64,000 nt of DNA, taken from positions 1 to 64,000 of the forward strand of contig JBGGMJ010000079.1 of assembly GCA_041288095.1 (NCBI GenBank), given 5' to 3'. This document shows positions 56,667-64,000 of this stretch, piece after piece (within the stretch, counting starts at the first letter, position 1; each line of letters begins with the position of its first letter). The translations under genes and the position numbers were made by a program. This stretch comes from Myxococcota bacterium. Lineage in GTDB: Bacteria > Myxococcota > XYA12-FULL-58-9 > JALHOP01. The notes below the pieces were generated by a model. The model had not been told where the DNA came from and did not search any database. It saw only the letters and a program-made list of their open reading frames with translations.

Positions 56667-58208
56667 ATGCCGTCCTTCATGTTTTCGCACCGCGCCTGGC
56701 CCTTCTTGCTCTCCGTCGCCCTAGGGCTGTCCGCGTGCCGGCGCGACCGCTTCGCCGACGGCATCGGCCGGCCGGAACAGCAGCCAATCGATACTCCGGT
56801 GCTCGCGGGCGCGCGCATCGTCGAGGTCGTGCCGAGCGGCACCCAGTCCGTGACTCTCGTGAAGCCCGCGGACCTGGACCTCACCGGCTACGTGCTGGTC
56901 TCCTCGGGAGACACCACGGTGCCGGTCCCGGCGTCGGTGGGTGCCACGCAATTGACCGTCCCCGCCGGCAACCTGTTCGCGCCGCTCGCCGTCGCCAACC
57001 CGGCGCAGAGCGGCGAAGTCGCGCTCAAAGACGCCGCCGGCACCGTCCAGAGCTATCTGGCTTGGGGGAGCGATCCCGCCGCGCAAGGCTCGGCGCTGTT
57101 CGTCGGCGCCCTCCAGAGCGGCGCCGCGACCACGGGCTCGGTCGTCACCGTACCGTTCCCACGTCCAGCTGATAGCTCGATTGTCCGCAATGGCACACTC
57201 TCGGGCTGCTACGTGGCGGGTACGGCGTGCCCGGCTCCGGCGGCAACCCTGGCATTGCGCGAAGTCGGCCCCGCGAGCTCACCGTCCGCCGCGTCGTTCA
57301 TCGAGCTCGAGAACATCTCCGCCGACGCTTTGGACCTCACCGGCGTCCGCGTCTGCCACGACGGCGAATGCGCGCCCGTCCCGAGCAATACCTTGGCGGC
57401 CGGTGCCACTCTCGTCGTCTGCCTCGGCCTCGTCGATACAACCCGCGTCTGCCCGCCCGGTGCCATCGCGCTTGCCGGCTCTACCGCCATCGAAGGCGAC
57501 ACCGAAACCTTCCTCGCGGCCCCCGGTACGACCACCGACGCCACGGTCTTGCTCGACTACGTGCGTACCGCCGGCGGCCCGAGCACACTCGTGACCGTCG
57601 CCGCGGCCCTCTGGCCCGGTGATCCCGCGCCGCTCGGCACCTATGTCCCCGGCGAGTCGATCTCGCGCAACCCCGGCCCTCTCTCACCTCCCGTGTGGAA
57701 CCCGGCTCGCGCGACTCCCGGCGCCGCAAACCAGGTCATCGACCGCGTCACTAACTGGCAAACCTGCACCGAGCCTGCCGCCGCGCCGGCGACCTCGGCC
57801 ACCGTCGTCGTGACCCTCGCCTCGCGCGTCGACGGCACCATCACGCTGACCAACACCGGCACCACCCAGGTCGACCTCGACGACGCGTCGACCGGCATTC
57901 TCCTCACGGTCGACGATCTCGAAGTGCCGTTGATCGGCGTGCCCGCCGCGGGCCTCGCCCCTAACGCCAGCGCCACCGTGCCCGCCGCCATCAGCGACGC
58001 CGGAAAGCTCGAAGTGCGTTTGCGCGCCGGCAACGCGCTGGTGCAGTTCGCCCAGTGGGGCAACCCCGCCGCGGGAGTCACCGCCGCCGTCACCGCCAGC
58101 CTTTGGCCGCGCGAGGACTGTGTCCTCCCACGCCTCGGTGCCGGCGAAAGCCTGGTTGCTCGCGACCGCACGCTGCTCCGCGGCAGCAGCGGTTACGCCG
58201 TGCAATAA
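56667..58208 (+). CDS. Lipoprotein with repeated lamin-tail-like (LTD) domains
   Basis: LSAC lipobox; LREV...FIELENISADALDLTG, ESISR, ATPGAAN; three related units. Confidence 0.75.
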   Translation: MPSFMFSHRAWPFLLSVALGLSACRRDRFADGIGRPEQQPIDTPVLAGARIVEVVPSGTQSVTLVKPADLDLTGYVLVSSGDTTVPVPASVGATQLTVPAGNLFAPLAVANPAQSGEVALKDAAGTVQSYLAWGSDPAAQGSALFVGALQSGAATTGSVVTVPFPRPADSSIVRNGTLSGCYVAGTACPAPAATLALREVGPASSPSAASFIELENISADALDLTGVRVCHDGECAPVPSNTLAAGATLVVCLGLVDTTRVCPPGAIALAGSTAIEGDTETFLAAPGTTTDATVLLDYVRTAGGPSTLVTVAAALWPGDPAPLGTYVPGESISRNPGPLSPPVWNPARATPGAANQVIDRVTNWQTCTEPAAAPATSATVVVTLASRVDGTITLTNTGTTQVDLDDASTGILLTVDDLEVPLIGVPAAGLAPNASATVPAAISDAGKLEVRLRAGNALVQFAQWGNPAAGVTAAVTASLWPREDCVLPRLGAGESLVARDRTLLRGSSGYAVQ

Positions 58209-58222
58209 GTCGCCATCGGCGC

Positions 58223-58927
58223 TCACCTCCTCCGCAACAAGCGCAGTGTCTGCGGTTTCTTCGAGCGGCGCGCGCGTGTTGGCGCACGATCGGTTTTCAC
58301 TCCGACATCGTCTTTCGGCCGGTCTCCTCCGAGAATCCCCAGCTCGGCGAGGCTCACGAAATGTTTGCTTTGGCGGACAAACGGCCCGCTGCCGACGATG
58401 ATGTGATCGAGGATCGGCAAGCCCAGCACCTCGCCGGCGCGAGCCAGCCGTTGGGTCAACGCGATGTCCTCGAAGGATGGTGTCGGATCGCCCGACGGAT
58501 GATTGTGCGCCACCAGCACGGCGCTGCCATGTTCGCGGATCGCCGGCGCGAACACCTCGCGTGGATCGACGGCGCAGCGATCCACCGACCCCATGGCCAC
58601 GCGCACTACCCGTCTCGGCCGGTTGCGCACGTCGAGCACCACCACCACGAAATGCTCGTGCGCCGGATCATCGAGCAGCGGCGCCACACACGCATACGCG
58701 TCCTCGGGTGAGGACATCGCCGCTGGTGGTGCCTTGCCCAGTCTGCTACGGCGGGCAAGCTCGAAGGCACCGCGCACACGCGTTGCGGCCACGCGCGTGA
58801 ACCCCGCGGCTTCGAGCTCCGCGATACCCATGCCCGACAAGCGCACGCTGTCGCAGCCGAGCGGCGCGGGGTCTCCCGTGATGAGCTCGAGGAGCGCGTG
58901 AAGCTCCAGGTCGTCGACGTTGGTCAT
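58223..58927 (-). CDS. radC: RadC family JAB-domain protein
   Basis: AFELARR, EHFVVVVLD.RN, PREVF, AHNHPSGDPTPSFED, LDHIIVG. Confidence 0.93.
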   Translation of the reverse strand: MTNVDDLELHALLELITGDPAPLGCDSVRLSGMGIAELEAAGFTRVAATRVRGAFELARRSRLGKAPPAAMSSPEDAYACVAPLLDDPAHEHFVVVVLDVRNRPRRVVRVAMGSVDRCAVDPREVFAPAIREHGSAVLVAHNHPSGDPTPSFEDIALTQRLARAGEVLGLPILDHIIVGSGPFVRQSKHFVSLAELGILGGDRPKDDVGVKTDRAPTRARRSKKPQTLRLLRRR

Positions 58928-58939
58928 GCGCTGACGTCA

Positions 58940-58956
58940 TTCAAGCCGCGAGCCAA
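58940..58956 (-). promoter_or_regulatory. Sigma-54-like -24/-12 promoter for radC
   Basis: Minus strand TTGGCTCG-CGGC-TTGAA (GG-N10-GA; consensus TGGCACG-N4-TTGC). Confidence 0.6.
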
Positions 58957-59012
58957 CACAATGAGCGTCTCAGCCGCGTCAGAGCTTGATTTCGTACGGC
59001 CCGCCGGCTCTA

Positions 59013-59029
59013 CGTCGCATTCTGCGACG
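59013..59029. promoter_or_regulatory. Palindrome CGTCGCA-TTC-TGCGACG, candidate enhancer-binding-protein site
   Basis: Perfect 7-bp inverted repeat; same core as 61407-61421. Confidence 0.65.
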
Positions 59030-59068
59030 CGTTTTTTGGATCCACCCGCGCGCACGCACGAGGCACCC

Positions 59069-59551
59069 ATGGCGACGAAGACGCTGACCCACACCAACGA
59101 GCAAGGCGCGGTGCACATGGTCGACGTTGGCGCCAAGCCCGCGACCCGCCGTGTCGCCATCGCCCGCGCCCGAGTCCGCGCGAGCGCCGAGGCCATCGCC
59201 GCCATTCGCGACGCCACGGCCAAGAAGGGCGATGTCATCGCCATCGCCCGTGTCGCCGCCATCCAGGCCGCCAAGCGCACCAGCGAGCTCATTCCCCTGT
59301 GTCATCCGCTTACGCTCAGCCGCCTCGAGGTCGACATCGAGGTTGGCGACACGGTGGTCACGCTGACCGCGCACGCCGAGACCACCGGCCCGACCGGCGT
59401 CGAGATGGAAGCGCTCACGGCCGCGAGCGTTGGCGCGCTCACCATTTATGACATGTTGAAAGCGGTCGATCGCGGCATGGTCATCGAAGCCGTGCAGCTC
59501 CTCGAAAAACGAGGCGGGGCGAGCGGCGACTTTCGCGCTGCCGGAGCCTGA
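59069..59551 (+). CDS. moaC: Cyclic pyranopterin monophosphate synthase MoaC
   Basis: LTH...MVDV..K, KKGDV, AAKRT.ELIPLCHP, TGVEMEALTA, TIYDMLKAVD. Confidence 0.97.
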   Translation: MATKTLTHTNEQGAVHMVDVGAKPATRRVAIARARVRASAEAIAAIRDATAKKGDVIAIARVAAIQAAKRTSELIPLCHPLTLSRLEVDIEVGDTVVTLTAHAETTGPTGVEMEALTAASVGALTIYDMLKAVDRGMVIEAVQLLEKRGGASGDFRAAGA

Positions 59552-59554
59552 GCC

Positions 59555-60289
59555 TCAGACGGCCTCGGCGATGGCGTCGACCAGCCCCACGAGGGACGGT
59601 GTGCGCGGCACGACGGTCACACGCAGTCCTTGCGCCTCCGCGGCATCGCGGGTCGTCGCTCCCAAACACGCGACGCGCGCTCCGCGAGGGAACGTGAGCG
59701 CCGTCAGGAAGCCTTCGACCGCCGACGGGCTGGTGAAGGTGATCCAATCGATGGGCTCGGCAGGTAGCGGTTCGCCGTCCCGCACCACGCGCGTATCGTA
59801 AGCGGTCACGATCTCGACCTCGGCACGCGACGCGATGAGTCCGCTCACCAAGGTGTCGTGGGCCCGGCTCGATTGCGGCGCCAGCAGACGCATCCCCGCC
59901 AACCTGTCGCCGAGCGTTCCGCGCATGTAGTCGAGGAGCCCCGCGCCGCTCGCGACCATGCCGACGCGGACGTCGCCGAACCCTTGGCGACGCAAAGCAT
60001 CCGCTGTAGCGGACCCGACGGCGAAGATCGGCACGGCGCGGGCGGCGGGTGTCGAGTAGGTGGCCAGGGCGTGCGCCGCGTTGCCACTGGTCACCAGGAC
60101 CGCGTCGGTGGTCGCCGGGCTGATCGCCGCGAGTCTCTCCACGGTGCGCCGGTCATCACGAAGCACTACTTCGATGGTCGGCCGCACGACCACGGCCGCG
60201 CCGCGTTCGGACAAGAGGCGGGCGAGCTCCCCGGCCTGCGACCTGGGGCGGGTCACCACCACGCGTACACCTTTTAGATCGGTGGCCAT
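59555..60289 (-). CDS. hemD: Uroporphyrinogen-III synthase
   Basis: ATG 60289; VVVTRP, TSGNA, AVGSATA, AYDT, FTSPSAV, CLGATT. Confidence 0.92.
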   Translation of the reverse strand: MATDLKGVRVVVTRPRSQAGELARLLSERGAAVVVRPTIEVVLRDDRRTVERLAAISPATTDAVLVTSGNAAHALATYSTPAARAVPIFAVGSATADALRRQGFGDVRVGMVASGAGLLDYMRGTLGDRLAGMRLLAPQSSRAHDTLVSGLIASRAEVEIVTAYDTRVVRDGEPLPAEPIDWITFTSPSAVEGFLTALTFPRGARVACLGATTRDAAEAQGLRVTVVPRTPSLVGLVDAIAEAV

Positions 60290-60352
60290 CCTAGCGTTCG
60301 CTCCGCGCTTCGGCTTCGTGTAAAAGCGTACAAGTCCCCCGAGGTGATCCGG

Positions 60353-61360
60353 ATGCGCTTCGCCGTCGTCGTCATCGTCCTCGTATCGTCTATCGCTGGC
60401 TCGGTCCACGCCGCAGAGCACGCAAGCTGGGCCGCTTTCACCAGAGCAAACCGCTTCAAGTGCCCCGCTCCTTTCGACACGATCAAGGGTGGCCGCACCA
60501 TCCAGCTCGGCGACAAGAGCTACAAGCACACCGGCTACAAGCTCGAGGTGCAGTCCCCCGACGCCGATGACCGCATCGTCCTCGGTGTCTTGAGCGCCAT
60601 CAAGGACGCGGGCCCCGAGACCCTCGCGAACCTCTCGCGTGCCTTCACCGCATTCAAGAAAGCGGGCGTCGAGTGGGTCGTCGTCAACGGCGACCTGTCG
60701 CTCGAGGAGGAAGGCCTCGAGGGTGTGTTCGACGCCCTCGGCGGGTCGGGGCTGCCGACCGTCGTGCTGATGGGCAACGCCGAGAGCAAGGGCAGCTTCG
60801 GTCGCGTCTTCCTCGAGAAGGAGAAGACCTATCCCAACCTCGTCAACGGCGGCTGGGTGCGTCAGCTACTCCTCGACGACGCCGAGCTGTGGACCATGCC
60901 GGGTTATTACGACAAGAAGTTCGTCCGCCAAGGCGCGGGTTGTGTGTACGGCAAAGCGGACGTCGACGCCTTGGGGCGTCTCAAGCCCGGCAAGGGACCG
61001 GTGGTGCTCGTCTCCCACGGTCCGCCGCGCGGGGTCGGCAACGGCGGCATCGACTGGATGAAGACGGCGAACAACGTCGGCGATCCGGCGCTGCAAGCGT
61101 TCATCGTCGACAAGGGCATTCGTTTCGGCATCTTTGGCCACATTCTCGAGTCCGGCGGCAGCGCCATGGGCTCCGACATGCGTTCGAAGATCGAGCCCAA
61201 GACCGAGATGACCGACCTGTTCGTCAACGCCGGCAGTGCGTCCGCCTCGGCGGAGAGCTTGAACGACGGCCGCGTAGCGCACGGCATGGCGATGATCATC
61301 ACGATGGCCGGCGGCAAAGCGCAGTACGACCTGCTGCACTTGGATAAGCTCGCCGACTAA
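60353..61360 (+). CDS. Secreted calcineurin-like metallophosphoesterase-fold protein with degenerate metal ligands
   Basis: Signal peptide ending VHA; NGDL, MGNAE, VSHGPP, FGHILE, VNAG. Confidence 0.8.
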   Translation: MRFAVVVIVLVSSIAGSVHAAEHASWAAFTRANRFKCPAPFDTIKGGRTIQLGDKSYKHTGYKLEVQSPDADDRIVLGVLSAIKDAGPETLANLSRAFTAFKKAGVEWVVVNGDLSLEEEGLEGVFDALGGSGLPTVVLMGNAESKGSFGRVFLEKEKTYPNLVNGGWVRQLLLDDAELWTMPGYYDKKFVRQGAGCVYGKADVDALGRLKPGKGPVVLVSHGPPRGVGNGGIDWMKTANNVGDPALQAFIVDKGIRFGIFGHILESGGSAMGSDMRSKIEPKTEMTDLFVNAGSASASAESLNDGRVAHGMAMIITMAGGKAQYDLLHLDKLAD

Positions 61361-61406
61361 TCGGCCGTAGGCGATCGGTCACCGCACCAGTCCCTCGAAA
61401 TTTCGC

Positions 61407-61421
61407 GTCGCAAACTGCGAC
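61407..61421. promoter_or_regulatory. Palindrome GTCGCA-AAC-TGCGAC, candidate enhancer-binding-protein site
   Basis: Perfect 6-bp inverted repeat, same arms as at 59014-59028. A second palindrome CGAAATTTCG lies at 61396-61405. Confidence 0.65.
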
Positions 61422-61479
61422 ACCCGCATGCGGGCCCTCGCCAATCCGCGGCGCAGTCCCTCTTTGAGCGCCCCGCGCC

Positions 61480-61496
61480 TTGGCACGCCTCCTGCG
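61480..61496 (+). promoter_or_regulatory. Sigma-54 -24/-12 promoter for the small ORF-comEA operon
   Basis: TTGGCACG-CCTC-CTGCG (GG-N10-GC), near consensus. Confidence 0.8.
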
Positions 61497-61537
61497 ATGC
61501 CTCTCCTCAGTCGCACAACGCGGCGCTGGAGAGAGTC

Positions 61538-61741
61538 ATGTCGGACAAGAAGCCCAAGGGTGTTTTCGTCATCATCGAGAACGAGCGCCTCGAGAAGCCG
61601 CTGTGGAAGCGCGTCGGCACCGCGTTCACCAACCGCGACGACTCGCTGAACATCTTCCTCGATGCCTTGCCGCTCAACGGCAAGCTCCACGTCCGCGAGG
61701 TCAAAGAGCGCGAAGACGGCCAAGAGCGAGAAGCCGCATGA
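61538..61741 (+). CDS. Small beta-rich protein, putative single-stranded DNA-binding protein (DUF736-like)
   Basis: ATG after GGAGAG; WKRVGTAFTNRDDSLNIFLDALPLNGKLHVRE; charged tail; ATGA overlap with comEA. Confidence 0.75.
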   Translation: MSDKKPKGVFVIIENERLEKPLWKRVGTAFTNRDDSLNIFLDALPLNGKLHVREVKEREDGQEREAA

Positions 61742-62070
61742 CACCGGCACGGCGCGTGGGGCTCTTGGCTTTCGTGTGCTCGCTGCTGATCGCGGGGGGG
61801 CGCAGTGCCCTCGCCGTGGAGGAGGGGAGCGCCGCGGCGGTGAAGCTCGTCGACCTCAACACTGCGACCGCGGCGGAGCTCGACGGCTTGCCGGGAGTCG
61901 GACGTAAGCGAGCCGATGCGATCATCGCCAAGCGACCGTTCAAGCGGGTGACGGAGCTGCTCCGCGTGAGGGGTTTCGGCCCGAAGCTGTTTGCCCGCGT
62001 CCGTGACCACGTGACCGTGGGTACGTCGCCTACGGCGAAGGAACGACTGGATGGGTTAGGGAAACCTTGA
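61738..62070 (+). CDS. comEA: ComEA family helix-hairpin-helix DNA-binding protein with signal peptide
   Basis: Signal peptide ending ALA; VDLNTATAAELDGLPGVG..RA.AII, PFKRVTELLRVRGFGPK. Confidence 0.92.
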   Translation: MTPARRVGLLAFVCSLLIAGGRSALAVEEGSAAAVKLVDLNTATAAELDGLPGVGRKRADAIIAKRPFKRVTELLRVRGFGPKLFARVRDHVTVGTSPTAKERLDGLGKP

Positions 62071-62080
62071 GGGGAATTGT

Positions 62081-62122
62081 CGTCCTCCGCGCCGAGCCTG
62101 GAAGCCCTCGGCGCGGAGGACG
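62081..62122 (+). terminator. Strong 16-bp perfect hairpin downstream of comEA (terminator or 3'-stabilising structure; no U-tract)
   Basis: CGTCCTCCGCGCCGAG-N10-CTCGGCGCGGAGGACG. Confidence 0.55.
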
Positions 62123-62206
62123 CACAAGATGGGCCGCGACCTGCTAACATCCCCTCGGGCGGGGCCTTTCGGGGCTCGCGCAAGTCTGAGAAAGTGTCCG
62201 CACGCC

Positions 62207-63025
62207 ATGCAAACAGCGCTCGACCTGCTCAATACGTTGCTGCCGCTGCTCTATGCGTTGGCGATGGTGAACTACATCGTTTACCTGGTGCGCGACGATC
62301 CCTTCAGCGCGCGCACCTGCACGCCCTTCCTGGTCGCGGTGTTCGGCTTGCACTGCGTCTATTTCCTGCTGGGCAGCCTCCACCATGCAAGCTCCCCGAT
62401 CGCCACCATGCCGGAGGTCCTCTCGGCGGTCGCGCTGTCGGTCGCCGGTGTTTACCTCTACGTCGAGCGTGTCCAGGGCAGCAAAGTGACCGGCCCCTTC
62501 CAGCTGCCGATGGTCGTCGTCATGCAGCTCATCGCATCGACGCTCATGCACCAAGCGACACACCCGTCGCCGAGCGCCAGTGCCGGCTTCAGCTTGCACG
62601 CGTTCGCGGCGGTGCTTGCGCACTCGGCGTTCGTCGTCGGCGCGGTCTACGCGATCATGTACGTCGTGATGTACCGTGCGCTCAAAGCCAAGCGCTTTGG
62701 CGTGGTCTTTCAGCGTCTGCCGCCGCTCGACAAGCTCGCCGGCATGGGCTTCGGCGCCACGGCACTCGGCTGGGTGTTGTTGACGGCGAGCATCATCGTC
62801 GGCTTCGTCATCACAAAAGACGTCTCCGAGTCGGCCTACCGCAATCCCTACGTCATCGGCGCGCTCGGCATCTGGCTCATCTACGGCGTCGCGCTCCTTT
62901 CCTATTTTGGTCTGGGCCTCAAGGGTGCGCGAACGGTCTATCTCTCGCTGCTTGCCTTCGCTTTCGCGGTGGCGGCGATCAGCGGCGCGGCGATCTGGCC
63001 GGTGCTCCATAGGTTCCAGACATGA
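62207..63025 (+). CDS. ccsA: Cytochrome c assembly family membrane protein (CcsA/HemX-like)
   Basis: ~8 TM segments; conserved His positions; RLPPLDKL; lacks a WWD motif; ATGA-coupled to hemA as for HemX-type genes. Confidence 0.8.
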   Translation: MQTALDLLNTLLPLLYALAMVNYIVYLVRDDPFSARTCTPFLVAVFGLHCVYFLLGSLHHASSPIATMPEVLSAVALSVAGVYLYVERVQGSKVTGPFQLPMVVVMQLIASTLMHQATHPSPSASAGFSLHAFAAVLAHSAFVVGAVYAIMYVVMYRALKAKRFGVVFQRLPPLDKLAGMGFGATALGWVLLTASIIVGFVITKDVSESAYRNPYVIGALGIWLIYGVALLSYFGLGLKGARTVYLSLLAFAFAVAAISGAAIWPVLHRFQT

Positions 63026-64000
63026 GCAGCGCGCAGCAGCCCGCCCGCTTCGGCAGGTTGGAAATGATGGGCGCGTCATTCAAGAGCGCGCCCTTCGAGG
63101 CGCTCGAGCGTCTGGCGCTTTCGCCCGAAGAAGTCGCGGCGTTCTATCGGCGGCTCGCGCAAGACGGCGCCGCCGATGGCGCGCTCGTGCTCTCGACCTG
63201 CAACCGCACCGAGATCTACGCGCATGTTCCCGACGAGCGCGGCGATGCCGGTGCGTACCTCGCCGAGCGGCTTCGCGAGGTCGTGGGCCAAGAGCGCTTC
63301 CCCAAGACCGAGGTCTTCTACCGCCATAGCGGACAGGCGAGCATCGAGCACATGTTCCGCGTCGCGAGCGGGCTCGACTCCATGATCTTGGGCGAGCAGC
63401 AGATCCTGGGCCAGCTCAAGTCGGCCTACGCCGACGCCGGTGAGCACCTGGCGCAATGCACCGTCTTCGATCGCGTCGTGCAATCGGCGTTTCGCGTGGG
63501 AGCACGCACGCGCGCCGAGACCGAGATCGGCAAAGGCGCGGTGTCGACTGCTTCGGCTGCCGTGCACTTGTCGACGCGCATCTATGGTGAGCTCTCGCGC
63601 TGCGTCGTCGTCGTCGTCGGGGCAGGGGAAACCGGCCGGCTCCTGGCGCAGCACTTCGCGACGCACTATCCCCAGCGCCTCGTCATCGTGAATCGCACGC
63701 TGGAGAAGGCGCAGGCGTTGGCTCGCGAGGTTTCCGGCGAAGCCGCCGACCTCACGCAGCTCCCCAAGCTGTTGACCGAGGCACACGTGGTGACCACCGC
63801 CATACGCGCCCAGGCGCCCGCGATTACCGGTGACATGCTCGAGCGCGCCGCGGGGACTCGGCCCGGCACTGCTTTGGCGCTCGTCGACCTCGGGCTCCCG
63901 CGCAACATCGAAGCCCCGCGCAGCGAGCTCGTCAACGTTTTCCTCCACGACCTCTCGGCGCTTCAATCGCTGGTCGACGCTAACCTCGCCCGCCGCAAGC
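63022..64000 (+). CDS. hemA: Glutamyl-tRNA reductase (runs off the right edge)
   Basis: ATG 63022; LSTCNRTEIY, FRVASGLDSMILGEQQILGQLK, GAVSTASAAV, VGAGETG, NRT, DLGLPRNIE. Confidence 0.97.
   Translation, partial: MSSAQQPARFGRLEMMGASFKSAPFEALERLALSPEEVAAFYRRLAQDGAADGALVLSTCNRTEIYAHVPDERGDAGAYLAERLREVVGQERFPKTEVFYRHSGQASIEHMFRVASGLDSMILGEQQILGQLKSAYADAGEHLAQCTVFDRVVQSAFRVGARTRAETEIGKGAVSTASAAVHLSTRIYGELSRCVVVVVGAGETGRLLAQHFATHYPQRLVIVNRTLEKAQALAREVSGEAADLTQLPKLLTEAHVVTTAIRAQAPAITGDMLERAAGTRPGTALALVDLGLPRNIEAPRSELVNVFLHDLSALQSLVDANLARRK

Noticed and set aside
62207..63025. System II cytochrome c synthase CcsA proper
   Set aside because: No WWD motif and no ccsB/resB; coupling to hemA fits the HemX-like members of the family, an ordinary arrangement.

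Overview
GC-rich bacterial chromosome segment, probably Myxococcota. This is inferred from the many lipoproteins, a MYXO-CTERM-like tail, sigma-54 promoters and the gene content. About 1-37 kb is accessory and surface-related. It holds two tandem cadherin-repeat/beta-helix lipoprotein paralogs plus the tail of a third related gene, a serpin fused to a beta-propeller, a thermolysin-type M4 protease without a signal peptide, and a CHASE3 hybrid kinase-cheR-cheB-kinase operon. It also holds an MFS and an SDR, a trypsin-like protease cassette, a permuted zeta-toxin-like kinase, an RND pump, a GH44 lipoprotein and a BPI/LBP-like plus FadL-like gene pair. About 37-64 kb is mostly core: phaR-ruvX-mltG, manA, rpmE-prfA-prmC-ddpX, a Gld-like ABC system, murA, gpsA, radC, moaC, hemD, comEA and ccsA-hemA. 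The best-supported unannotated signal is that radC and the small ORF-comEA operon each have a sigma-54-like promoter with the same GTCGCA-N3-TGCGAC palindrome 67-68 bp upstream, suggesting a sigma-54/enhancer-controlled competence regulon. No rRNA, tRNA, CRISPR array, integrase or transposase was recognised. All family assignments are from motif recognition by eye, not database searches.
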